Positions 50,351 to 62,981 of a stretch of 64,000 nucleotides of DNA are shown in pieces. The position numbers and the translations under genes are program-made. How positions within the stretch are numbered: position 1 is the first letter of the stretch; every line of letters begins with the position of its first letter. The DNA comes from Somniosus microcephalus (lineage: Eukaryota). Location of the stretch: contig CM126202.1 in the NCBI GenBank assembly GCA_052327205.1, positions 62,124,001-62,188,000 on the forward strand. The letters run 5' to 3'. The notes beneath the pieces were generated by a model. That model did no database searches. It was given only the letters and a program-made list of their open reading frames with translations, and was not told the DNA's origin.

Positions 50351-53300
50351 GAACAATAGACAAATAAGGAGCTGTACTTAAACCTACATCGGCGTTCAAG
50401 GAATAGGGCGGCTGCGGAATAGTGGTAACCTATATCTGGTTAGCCCAGTTCTATTTCCCTCCTGCAGACGCCAGCGCTATACATCAATGGGAGGGGAGCA
50501 CAATCAGTTCTGTCGCTTTAGCTGAACTCTCTTACAACTTCCATCGAATAATCAGGAGATTGAAACACAGACATTTTTTCACCAGTTTCACACCATGCCA
50601 GTGAAGGGTTAAATTCAAGACTTTTACATTTATTTGCATGAGTGTATTTGACGAGATTTTTGTAACTATAATATCGCAATTTAATATTGACAGTCCGTTT
50701 GCCTGCAAAACGTAACGTAACACAACAGAATCAAACAAACCACTGTAGCATTTTAAATGAAACAGCCTAAAATAACTTGGCAAAGTAATTCTCAAATGTG
50801 CAATCCATTAAAACTGTTCAAAGTTAACCAAATGTCATGTAACATACGCAGTTATTACATGTAAGTTGAGGTATTTACCAAAGAATCTTCCACGCCTTGT
50901 GGCTCTGATGGGTTCTGCGTACCCGAAGATCATTTTGCCCAACAAACCTTGAATTATTTGATCATAATTTGTATTTTAATAGCAAACATTAGTTCTAGTA
51001 TAAGTCTGTGGGTAGGTTAAGTCAAGCGATTTAATACAGGTTTTGGGAATGTAAAATACAAAGGGATTTGTTGGAAACTGATCTATAAAGGAATCTATGG
51101 ACAATTAACACTACAAGATCCTGCTCAAATTTAGTTTAATATTACTATGTGTGCAGAAAATAAATGGTCTATACCGAAAAGTTGTTCGACACAGGCTGCT
51201 AGCAAAGAGTTTTAAGAGGATCCTATTTCCGGAAAACTAAATCTTGGTGCAATTATAAGGACAATCGTTTGCCAAACACGGGAACGTTAAGGATCACCAG
51301 CATCCTAATTATAATTATGGATGAGAAAAGTGTCATGTGCCATTATGGTCAGTTACTGTTTGCTTCAGGCCTAGAGGGACGCTGCCGCAGCTGGGGATTA
51401 CATGCAGATAGTTTTCAGCCGTATTGGCTTCATGCATTCTCTGTGGTGGAGCCACTGCTCATACCGTGCGCCTGTTCTCTGGATCTATGTGCCTGTGTTA
51501 TTATCACACACAATAAACGGCTCTCCCCTCTGAAACTATTCCCCAAGGGCAACAGAATGAGTGCCCAGAGGGCTAGCATGAATTAATAGCGAACAGCCAC
51601 TCCCTGTGCTGTAAGTGTGCCTCCCGCCTCGCAGTGAAACTGCTGATCAACTGTCGGAGCGAATACACGCAACATGGTAAATCTCTCTGATATAATCACC
51701 AAGTACTTGTTAAATAAATATATTTATCTCTGTTAAGTAGTCATAATATATTTTATTTTTGTTTTTGAAGTGCCTTCTGGAATCTATCAGGATGGTTGTT
51801 ATAGTGGTTTGGCAATCGCCAACCTCCTCAAATGACAGGAGGACTCTGACTAAAGATTACTCGTTAGATTAGCATGGAATATTTAACCCTGCTTCGGCAC
51901 GACCAACTTTAGATGACACTTAAAACATATATAGGAAATTGTTAACACTTTTCAAACTAGGGAATAATATTTCCTATATTTAATTTCGAAATTATAATTT
52001 ATAATTTCAGTAATGACCTGAGCTACATAGTATAGTAACAGCCACATTTAAAAGTCCTTGAGGATAATGACAATAGAAATTACATTAATGGACTGATACA
52101 GTTTATGTTTGGAATTAATTACAATTCATTACATTTCTCCTAATCCATTAGAAACAACCAGCACTTTATTTGAATGAACAAAATGTGTAAGATTTCATCC
52201 TATTGAAGGTTCCATATGATTCACTGTTTCACTGGCTATTTCATTGCTTTCCTTAAAATGTAATAAAGGGTGTATTTCATTGCCAATGTTTCTTGTGTTT
52301 TTCAAACTTTAGCTTTATAAAAGGTTGATAGGTCTGACCAGAGGGTCTCCCCTCTGATATTACTGTGGTTTCTATTGACTCTTTCTGGCTCTTTAAAACT
52401 GCTCACCAGAGGCCATCCAGTTCTTGAGTACAGAAAAGCGCAGCAGAAAATCAGAGAAAGGAACAACCGATCAAACTAAGAAATATACAGAGACCTTTTC
52501 TCTCATATTCAGAGCTAATTAAATAACAACAACCAACTTACATGCGTACTATACTATGAATAGAAGCTCGCCTGGTGGATAGAAGGATTTGGCCTTGTAG
52601 TCTTATTGTTTAGTTTATTAAATTAGGGTAGCTGAGTTTCTTTGAGCATCAGTTTTAGGATCAGAATGTCCCAAGGTTGGAACCCCAACGAGCTGCTCCT
52701 CCTGAGGTGGACAGAATGAGTACCACGTCTTGTGATGTGGGAGAAAAGCTGTGCTGGCCACACTGTTGTAATGTTATTCCTGGCTGCTTTGGGAATGAAA
52801 GTGGGGAATCAGTGCTGCACCCAAAGAAACTACGTCTGAAGAAGAGTGATCACAGTGGGTTCACTTCTTTCTCGCTTTCTCTCCCCACTGCATTATACTC
52901 AGTTCCAGAGTGCAGCATATGCACATATGCATATTAATTAACTGAAAGATCCAACAAGCTGAGTACTTAGACCGTCAGTGGGATTTTAGGTGAAGCTTGT
53001 TGTCATCTATGGCTTGCTTCGATGCTTAATCAAGAGAATGTTGAAGCAGCCTGGAGAATCACATTTCCCTGGTGCATTCTTGTCTTCGAAGAAAACTAGT
53101 CAGAGTTCTGGTATCACAGGCACTTCTACAGTGTTGCTCAGCAGACTGAGCCAAACTCAGTCAGTAAAATTGATCAAACAGGGCAGATGAAACCACAAAA
53201 AATGTCATTCATTTGCTAGACATAAAGGATCTACTATTAATATGTTCTGCCTACGTGGATCCCCACTTGTTATCTGCCACTGATATGCTAGGCTGAATAA

Positions 53301-53796
53301 CTTTCAATAACGAACTGTTGATGGTCATAAACCAATGCCAGGGTCACATTTAACAGGGCACATAATCCAGACAAGAGAGGGAAACATCTTCTGTAGTGCC
53401 AAGCACATATATAAGTAGGCAAGCTCTGATAAACATATAAAGGTATCTATCCGCATTTGTTGCATCAAAGAACAATTTAAGAAGTAACGGCCCAATCATG
53501 GGTCTCACTGAAAAAAATATTACATGGGTTATAATGACAAAAAGAGCCACAGAATGGCAAGGATACAAATGGTCTGAACTGTGGCAACCCGTTAAAGAAT
53601 ATCACAAGTTGGCGATCACAATGCAGGTCATAAGTTACAATTAGAAATAGAGAATGAGAAGGAGGAACAATAAGAACATAGAAAAGGATAGGAGACAGAA
53701 TAATAAGACATGTAAAAAGCATATGCATTATTCTCCTCCTCATCCACCAAGGACTTCCTCCTCCCCCATCTCTGCAAGCTTCTCCAGCTCTATGTG

Positions 53797-55022
53797 TTAG
53801 CCTTAAACTCAGTGGTAGCAGCGCAAGGAGCGCACGTCAACCCAAGCACCCCACCCACCCGCCCCTTCAACCACCGTCTGCCCCACCTGTGACAGAGACT
53901 GTAAGTCTCGCATTGGACTCATCAGTCACCTGCGAACTCATTTTTAATGTGGAAGCAAGTCATCCTCGGTTCCGAGGGACTGCCTAAGAAGAAGAAAAAA
54001 GCCTCACTGCAGAGGCTTGCGCATATAATCAAGGCGACACTTCAGTGCAGCACTGAGGGAGTGCTGCACTGTTGGAGGTGCCATCTTTCAGATAAGATGC
54101 TAAATCAAGGCCCTGTGTGTCTGCTTGGGTGGCTGTAAAAGATCCCATGGCACTATTTGAAGAAGAGAGGGGGTGTTTTCCTAATGTCCTGGCCTACCTT
54201 TATCCCTCAATCAGCACCACTAAAATAGCTTAACTTGTAATTTATCTCATTGCTGTTTAGAGGACCTTGTTGTGCACAAATTGGCTGCAGTGTTTGCCGA
54301 CAAAACAACAGTGACTACAATTCACTAGGATGAGCAAATACAAATATGAAGAAAGACTTTAAAAATTGGGGCTGCTATCATTGGAACAGAGGAAATTACA
54401 AGGTGTTTAAAATTATGAAAGAATGGGACAACATAGGTAGAAACCTGACACTAGAACTTTCAGCTTTGGTGGGTGTGTAAAATGGGCAATAACGGATTGG
54501 CCGCTTATTGTATGCCCTGCCCGATTTTCCATTCCATTGAAGTCAATATGAAGGGCAGCCGATCCAGTATCGCCCTCTTTACACTCCTGTTGAAGTTAAT
54601 AGTTTCCCCCAGACTGTTTCCAGTGGTTGAGAAGTCTAGAATAAGGGGCCAGAGATATAAGACCTAAATGTAAGAGATTTAACACAAAAAGCAGGAGAAA
54701 CCTTTTTCACAGAGAGTTGTGAGGGTGTGCAATACACTGCCAGAGTTAGTGACTGAAGCAGAGACCATGTCAACATTTAAGAATAGGATTGATAAGAGGC
54801 TGATGGAAAGGTGGAAATAAAGAGAAAAAGGAACAGGCTGGCCACATGGGACTAGAACTATTGCTTGTGTGGAGCATAAACACTAACACGGACTGCTTAG
54901 ACTGAACATCCTGTTCCCGTGTTGTAATTTCTATGTGATTTCAAAGTAGTTTATTGGCTATGAAGCTATTTGGAATGTCCTGAGGACATGAAAGGCGCTA
55001 TACAAATGCAAGCTCTTGCTTT
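53797..55022 (+). mobile_element. Nested cluster: Deu-SINE interrupted by an RTE 3' end (53821-53997) and a CR1 tail (about 54330-54940) that itself holds a hairpin MITE (about 54445-54610)
   Basis: SINE head, core and tail are in order around the inserts; RTE zinc knuckle CPTCDRDCKSRIGLISHLRTH with (AAG)n tail; CR1 LFPVVEKSRIRGQRYK. Confidence 0.75.
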
Positions 55023-55084
55023 CTAAAACATTTCTCAAATGCTTTGTTCATTTGATTCTGGACTTCAGTTCATCCCTTCATTGA

Positions 55085-55318
55085 TTTTCCTCACCAGAGC
55101 CTTCAGCCACCTTATCCTGTTCTCTGGTTCTCCCCTTCGCTAAATCTTTTCCACTCTCTATCTCCTTCTCAAAACCCATTTCTCCAACCAAGTTTCCAGT
55201 CACCCCTCCTAATCTCTCTCTTCCTGGCTATGCATCGATTTCCTTATGCTCATCTGTGAAGTGTCTTGGGGCATTTCATTACATGAAAGGTACTATACAA
55301 ATTCAAACTGTTGTTGTT
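55085..55318 (+). mobile_element. Old L2 3' fragment
   Basis: agagccttcagcc..ctcaaaaccc..ctatacaaattcaaactgttgttgtt. Confidence 0.65.
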
Positions 55319-57024
55319 ATCATTGAAGTTACTAGTTTCAAGAGGCCTAATGAGTCCCGGTAATGAAGTACTGTCAGGCCTTATACTGTATAGTAGAAAC
55401 TATTCTTAATCTGAGATATTTTAGTTCATGATGTATAGTCCGCAAAGGGTGATTAATAAAATAGACATACTATATTGGGGAAGTCTCAACAGCCTGATTC
55501 AGCTTTTTATGTCACAGTAGTATACAGAGAAAATGTTGAATAATATTCATAGGAAATGAACATTGTTTATTATATTTCAATTATCAGTCTGTGTGACCAC
55601 ATAATAAGTCACTTCACTTGAGAACAATTTAGTATATGTGGAACTCTTTAAGCTGTTTCTAAGTGACATGAAAAGGCACAATGTAAATATAAATCTTTCT
55701 TTATATCAACCTGTTCTTTGTAGAGTACCTCATAATATTAAAATATAATAAACAAATGGGAGTGGTAAAATGAGATTTTCTGAGATTTGCAAGTCCCTAT
55801 GCAGTAAGATCCTGATCTCAGCTGTGCTGCTCTGCAGTGACTCGAAGTGGAAGATAGGTAATGAAAAGTAACTGAACAGTAACCCCAGGCTGTTTGTAAA
55901 CTTATAGCAGCCAGGTCAAGAATAGCTTTGGAATTAGTTGCCAATCTGATCACCTTCTCAGGTAGGGATGTAGGTGGCACAGTAAGACCCAAGAAAGAGA
56001 AAGAGAAAATATTCAAAACGGATGTCTCACCGTGCACCTCCCCCCCCCATTGAAAAAAGTAAGTCACGACATATACAGAAAATTAGTATTCTGTTTACTT
56101 CTGTGGGAGTGCTCATTCTTCATTTGTAGCTGCTGTGATTATACGCCACAAATAAGTTATCTAGGTTGAACTCTCAAAATCAGGTTTTAGTAATATGTAT
56201 CTATAAATGTTTAGTCCACAAAAGGTGATTAAATAAATGGATATACTATATTGGGGAAATATGTCTATCTAGTTATCTTAAATATAAAGGTTAAGTCTTC
56301 CTGCATATAATTATTTTAAGTTATTGTTTGGTAATAAAGGTATATTAGGAATAGATCAGTATTCACATGGGAAGTTGCATCTCTGGTAATGGTTCACAGG
56401 CCAGCTAGATCAATGTATAGATTTCTAGAGCAGCAAGAGGACTGAATGACCTGCATAGTATCCGAAGACAGTATAAAATCTCACTATGGACCAAAAAAAT
56501 ATCTGCAGTGCTATCGTTTTCTCAGTATTGTTGCATGGGGTAGGATGCTGTGATTTAAAAGGACTGAAAGGTGTATCACTAGAACCAATACATAATTTGG
56601 ACAGATAAACTTCTTCGTCTGTCAGTGACTTAACTAAGCAGGATCTGGTCAGCTGAAGAAAGGAGGACAAGCTGTCAGTACCGTACAAGATCATGACTGG
56701 AGCAGCACCACAAGCATAGTCAGCACTTAAGTGAGACTCCTGTGATTATGCTAGGAATACAAGAGTTGCTGTGTCTGCACTTCGCCATTCTAAGTCATCC
56801 ATAAGGGCCATAAGGTATACAGTAGTAGAGCTTTACACACTGGTTCCCCTGTCCACAAAGCTCCTTCTAGTCTCTATCATTTGAATGCAGAAGTTCAAAA
56901 TCAGTCAACAGCCACCTACTGAGCCAGGATTGACAGTGGATGGACCAAACCAGATGGTACGCAGCACAGATTTTGCAGACTGACTGCTCAGAAATCACCA
57001 GGGTCAATTTGGTGAGATATACTT

Positions 57025-60000
57025 AGAATCATAGAATCATAGTATGGTTACAGCACTGGAGAAGGCCATTCGGCCCATCGAGCCCGTGCCGGCTCTCTGC
57101 AAGAGCACTTCAGCTAGTCCCACTCCACCACCCTTTCCCCGTAGCCCTGCAAAATTTTTTCCTTCAGGTACTTATCCAATTCTCTTTGAAAGCCACGATT
57201 GAATCTGACTCCACCACCCTTTCAGGCATTGCATTCCAGATCCTAACCACTCGCTGAGTAAAAAAGTTTTTTCTCATGTTGCCTTTGGTCCTTCTGCCAA
57301 TCACCTTAAATCTGTGTCCTTTGGTTCTCGACCCTTCTGCCAATGGGAACAATTTCTCTATTTACTCTTTCCAGACCACTCTTGATTTTGAACACCTCTA
57401 TCAAATCTCCTCTCAATCTTCTCTGCTCTAAGGAGAACAACCCCAGCTTCTCCAGTCTATCCACATAACTGAAGTCCCTCATCTCTGGAATAATTCTCGT
57501 AAATCTTTTCTGCACCCTCTCTAAAGCCTTCATATCCTTCCTAAAGTGTGGTGCCCAGAATTGGACACAATATCCAGTTGAGGTTGAACCAGTGTTTTAT
57601 ACAAGTTCATCATAATTTCTACGCTTTGCACTCTATACCTCTATTCATGAAGCCAGGATCTCGTAAGCTTTTTTAACCGCTTTCTCAACCTGCCCTGCCA
57701 CCTTCAATAATTTGTGCACATATACCCCCAGGTCCTCTCTGTTCATGCACCCCCTTTAAGATTGTACCCTTTAGTTTATATTTCCTCTCCTCATTCTTCC
57801 TACCAAAATGTATAATTTCGCATTTTCTATGTTAAATTTCATCTGCCACGTGTCCGCCCATTCCACCAGCCTGTCTATGTCCTCTTGAAGTCTATCACTA
57901 TCCTCCTCACTGTTCACTATACTTCCAAGTTTTGTGCCATCTGCAAATTTTGAAATTGTGCCCTGTACACCCACGTCCAAGTCATTAATATATATCAAGA
58001 AAAGCAGTGGTCCTAGAACCGACCCCTGGGGAATACCACTGTATACCTTCCTCCAGTCTGAAAAACAAGTGTTCACCACTACTCTCTGTTCCTGGTCACT
58101 TAGCCGATTTCATATCCATGCTGCCACTGTCCCTTTTGTTCCATGGGCTTCAACTTTGCTGGCAAGCCTATTATGTGGCACTTTGTCGAATGCCTTTTGG
58201 AAATCCATGTACACCATGTCAACCCCATTGCCTTCATCAACCCTCTCTTATACCTTATCAAAAAACTCGATCAAGTTGCCTTTATAAATCTGTGCTGGCT
58301 TTCCTTAATTAATCCACACTTGTCCAAGTGACTGTTAATTTTGTACTGTTTCTAAAAGCTTCCCCACTACCGAGGTTAAATTGACTGGCCTGTAGTTGCT
58401 GGGTTTATCTTTACACCCCTTTTTGAACATTTGCAATTCTCCAGTCCTCTGGCACCATGCCCGTTTCTAAGGAGGATTGGAATATTATGGCCAGTTCCTC
58501 CGTGATTCCTTCCTTCACTTCCCTCAGCGTCCTGGGACGCATCCCATTTGGTCCTGGTGACTTATCTACTTTAAGTACAGCTAGCCTTTCTAGTACCTCC
58601 TCTTTATCAATTTTTATCATATCCAGTATCTCTTCTACCTCCTCCTTCACTATGTCTATGGCAGCATCTTCTTCCTTGGTGAAGACAGATGCAAAGGACT
58701 CATTTAGCGCCTCAGCCATACCCTCTACCTCCATGCTTAGGTCTCCTTTTTGATCCCTAATCGGCCCCACTACTCCTCTTACTACATGTTTACTATATAG
58801 AAGACTTTTGGATTACCTTTTATGTTAGCTGCCATTCTATTCTCATACCCTCCCTCTGACCCTCTTATTTTCTTTTTCACTTCTCCTCCGAACTTTCTAT
58901 ATTTAGCCTGATTCTCAGATGTATTCTTGACCTGACATCTGTCATATGCACTCTTTTTCCGCTTCATCTTACTCTCTATCTCTTTCATCATCCAAGGAGC
59001 TCTGACTTTAGTTGCCCTACCTTTCCCCCTAGTGGGAATGTACCTCAACTGTACCTGAACTATTTCCTCTTTAAAGGCAGCCCATTGTTCCATTACAGTT
59101 TTGCCTGCCAATCTTTGATTCCAATTTACCCGGGCCAGATCCGTTCTCATCCCACTGAAATTGGCCCCACTCCAATTAAGTATTTTTTTACTCTAGATTT
59201 CTCCCTGTCCTTTTCCATAAAAATCTAAACCTTATGATACTATGATCGCTATTCCCTAAATGTTCACCTACTGACACTTGCTCCACTTGCCCTACCTCAT
59301 TCTCCAGAACCAGATCCAGCAATGCCTCCTCCCTTGTCAGGCCGGAAACATACTGATCAAGAAAGTTCTCCTGAACACACTTCAGAAATTCTTCCCCCTA
59401 TCTGCCCTTTACACTATTACTATCCCAGTCTATATTAGGATAGTTGAAGTGCCCCATTATCACTACTGTATAGTTCTTGCATCTCTCTGTAATTTCTCTG
59501 CAAATTTGCTCCTCCATATTTTTCCCACTAGTTGGTGGCCTATAGTGTAATGGCACCTCTATTATTTCTTAACTCTAGCCATATAGATTCTGTCCTTGAC
59601 CCCTCCAGGACATCCTCTCTCTCCAGCACTGTAACATTCTCCTTAATCAATGCTGCCACACCATCTCCTATCTTTCCTTCCCTATTGTTCCTGAACACCT
59701 TATATCCAGGAACATTTAATACCCAATCCTGCCATTTTTTGAGCCAGGTCTCCGTTATTGCCACAACATCATATTCCCATGTGGCTATTTACACCTGCAG
59801 CTCACCAACCTTGTTTACTATGCTTCGTGCGTTCACATACATACACTGTAAACCTATCCCAGACCATCCTGTGCTATCACTTAGTCTGACTCTGACCCCA
59901 CCTAATACCTTACTATTTCTTACTTTAGTGCTATCCATCTCTCCCAATCTTTTGTGCCCTTTGTTTCACCTTTCTAGTGCTACATCCTGGTGCTCATCCC

Positions 60001-60866
60001 CCTGCCAACTTAGTTTAAACCCTCCAAAACAGCACTAGCAAACCTCCCTGCGAGGATATTGAGGTGCAACCCGTCGGACCCATACAGGTCCCACCTCCCC
60101 CAGAACCGGCCCCAATGCCCCAGGAATCTGAAGCCCCCTCTGTTGTACCATCTCTCCAGCCACGCATTCATCTGCTCTATCCTCCTATTTGTATACTCAC
60201 TCGCGTATGGCACCGGGAGTAATCCATAGATTATTACCTTTGAGGTCCTGCTTTTTAATCTTTTTCCTAGCTTGCTAAAATCTGCCTGCAGGACCTCATC
60301 CCTCTTTCTACCTATGTCTTTCACCCTTCCCCCTCAGAATGTTCTGCCGCCGCTCGGTGGCATTCTTAACCTTGGCACCAAGGAGGCAACATACCATCCT
60401 GGAGTCACGTCTGTGGCCGCAGAAACGCCTGTCTGCTCCCCTAATTATTGAATCCCCTACCACTATTGTTTTCCCTGTCTTCCTTCTCACCCCCTGTACA
60501 GCTGAGCCATCGTGGTGCTGTGGACTTGGCTCTGGCTGTATTCCCCAGAGGAACCATCGCCCTCACCAGTACTCAGAACAGAATACTGGTTGGAGAGCGA
60601 GATGCACTCACGGGACTCCTACACTACCTGCCTGGTCCTCCTCTTCTGTTTGGCGGTCATCCATTCCCTCTCTACCTGCGCACTCCTTAGCTGCGGGGTG
60701 ACCACCTCCTGAAACATGCTATCCCCGAAGCTCTCAGCCTCACGGATGCACTGCAGTGACGCCAGCTACTGCTCAAGCTCCGAAACCCGGAGCTCGAGCT
60801 CCTCCAGCTGATGACACTTCCTGCACACGTGGTTATCTAGGACATGGGAAGCGTCCTGGATTTCCC
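57025..60866 (-). mobile_element. Near full-length degraded CR1 LINE (ORF1 Zn-finger/coiled coil + SGNH esterase; ORF2 APE-RT)
   Basis: ORF1 HVCRKCHQLEELELRVSELE and VVGDSIIRG..RMVCCL.GAKV; ORF2 AITETWL, KSPGPNG, SGIPQGSVLGPLLFLIYINDLD..KFADGTKL, RKNFFTQRVVRIWN; (TGATTCTA)n tail; possible TSD ACTT at 57021-57024 and 60867-60870. Confidence 0.95.
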
Positions 60867-61711
60867 ACTTGTCTCTATCTGCACCCTATTGTTATGTAGC
60901 CTAGCATACAAAAATACTGCCAAAGTAATGAGTTAAAAAAATTAACAGACAAATAGCCAGACTTACCCATTCTCAACAAACCCTAATGATTTGTTTGAAT
61001 TTATTTGTTAACTCAACTTCTTTGTATTTCAGACCATTCCAATTGTTATGTAAGCTCATGCTGAGCAAAAACTTTTGATCAAAATTCTGACTGTGGAAGT
61101 TGAATATGAAGATTGTTTGAATGAAATCTTTACACTTTATGAACAATGAAAGTTTATAATTTACAACCATTGATGTCAACCTGTTATAAAATGAAAAATA
61201 AGTGTCTGAAAGATAAGGACTTAGATTTTCCAATCATAACGCCAATGTTAATCCATTTAAAATCAATGGATTACCATAAACATTGTGATCAGAAAACCTA
61301 GGCCAAGAAAAGTAAACACTATTTATTACTATAGACAAGTAAATGCTCACTGATGGTTTGGGGCCTGCACTGTGTCTTTTGATGTTTACTGTGACTGCTG
61401 CAGGCAAAGTACAGCAGTAGTTCACCCATTGCAGTAATACAACTTTAATAAAGCATCATACAACATGAGATAAAATTATTACACATCTTGTTGATACTGA
61501 AAAATAAAGGCCTTAAAGATAGATAGTTGTAAAATTATTTACCTACTTTGCAAGTACTTTTGTTCTTCCCTCCTCAAAATGCCTTATTTACATGACAAAC
61601 TACCCCCCACCCCCATCATTTGCAGAATTGGAAATATCTGTTTATGGTGCAACTATTTTGTTACCTCAAAATCTTTCTCTTTTTTCTCGATTATTCAATG
61701 ATTATAAAAGA

Positions 61712-62563
61712 TGGGGTGGAAATTTGTCGGCGCCCAGTTTCGGGCGAGAATGCGGCAATGCGGCAAGAATGCACGCCCGAACCAGGAGGCCTGAGGCCGG
61801 CCTGAAATTAGGCCTCAGGCCTCACGTAAACAAAAGTGGGTGAGTTGTCAGTGTGTGTCATGTCTCCGCAGGCAGTTTGCTCTTTTTCATCATTAAATTT
61901 CAGGCCACCTGCCTTGCCAGTACCAGTCCTTAGGTAAGTGCTGGGAAGTGGGGTCGGGTGCGTAGGTGGGGCGGTAAGGAAAATGGAAGAAGTCAAACAC
62001 AGGCTGGCAGCAGCCTGCAGCAGGGCTGTGGAGCCGAAGCAAACACAGCTGCTCCTCTTGGCTCCGGAAGGATGGTTAAACTCACCTTTTTTTGATGGAC
62101 ACTGCTTAGGCCGCAGCAGCCGCTGAGAAATCCTGAGTGGGGCGGACCCAACTCCTGCCCCGCTCATTGCAGGCCAATTTCAGCTGGGGTAGCCTAAAAC
62201 AGACCTTAGACACCTCATTTAAATATGTAAGGGGGCTAACGCCTGTTTTACACAACCACCAAGCAATGTTTCCTCTAATTTTCATTTGGGCCGTGAGGCC
62301 CCTTTAACGGGCTGCGCGGCCCATTCAAAATTCCATGCTTTTCCCTTTAAAAGCTGATGAGCCGGCTGTGCAGGACCTCCAGAGCGTTGGAGGGAACATT
62401 GCCGCCAAGGACGCATGAAAAAAATCGCCTGACCCAATTTGGGTCAGAAGTTTTTCAAGCGTCCTTTTCTCATTACCCCTTGACGTTTGTCTCTGAAATT
62501 GTGCCTCATTGTGCCCATCTTATCCCCGTAAAACGGGCGCAACAAGCTCCACTTTCTACGCCT
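61712..62563. mobile_element. Harbinger-like TIR element with internal inverted repeats
   Basis: TGGGGTGGAAATTTG..gcgcccagtt vs aacgggcgc..cactttctacgcct; internal palindrome gaggcctgaggcc..ggcctcaggcctc. Confidence 0.65.
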
Positions 62564-62981
62564 ATATTTTTACTTCCTTACATCCCACAGTGGATTTATA
62601 AAGCTTGCTGAAGCTATCACAGGTGTAGCATTACCCTGGATGGTTTTTCTCACTGTCAAGTCTCCAATGACTAGCACTTCAACAAATGTCCTGGTTCAGT
62701 TGCAACATCTGAGATCAGCGTCGAAATACTTAGTAAGCATTCCCTTTTGGCCCTAGCATGCTAATCTATCTCCTTCAGTGACAGAAAAATACCTTACCTG
62801 AAACAACACAGTTAGCTTTTTTTCCATTTAATGCCTTGAACAGTGTCAAATGCTGAATAAAATTAAATCTTCCCCCCCCCCCTTCCCCCCCCCCCCCCCA
62901 CAATATGCACCTCACAGTAGTTATCTGCAAATTTCTGCCTGGCTGTCACAGTACTGGGTATTTTAGCTCCACAGGAGTAAG

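Larger units (their letters stand above)
52620..61496 (-). pseudogene. Highly decayed multi-exon gene with SEA and MAM (possibly LDLa) domain remnants, interrupted by CR1/SINE insertions
   Basis: Minus-strand motif remnants: SEA-like exon 61180-60967 (AG and GTAAGT borders); MAM-like LCG..DDLEW (56799-56785)..SADY..ILY..PTPCNNTE..VRFYTVFGYYAG; KAILDL..CSVTFHY..LFIIF (55987-55729); CPVKCD..GL (53360-53330); CLINF..FGS..HQGNVILQAASTFS*LSIEA..AIDD (53185-53002). Many stops and frameshifts; recognised by eye only. Confidence 0.55.

Noticed and set aside
51570-51615. Minus-strand INSC* as a trypsin IDSCQ motif
   Set aside because: Overlaps what looks like a degraded + strand CR1 tail (..ctgtgctgtaa), so it was not counted as evidence.
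56985-57024. LDLa-like reading (KYISPN..DF) at the CR1 junction
   Set aside because: Needs several frameshifts; another frame gives a longer SEA-like reading consistent with the upstream exon.
57025-60866. Active retrotransposon or domesticated RT/esterase gene
   Set aside because: ORF1 and ORF2 are broken by many stops and frameshifts, and the 5' end is truncated.
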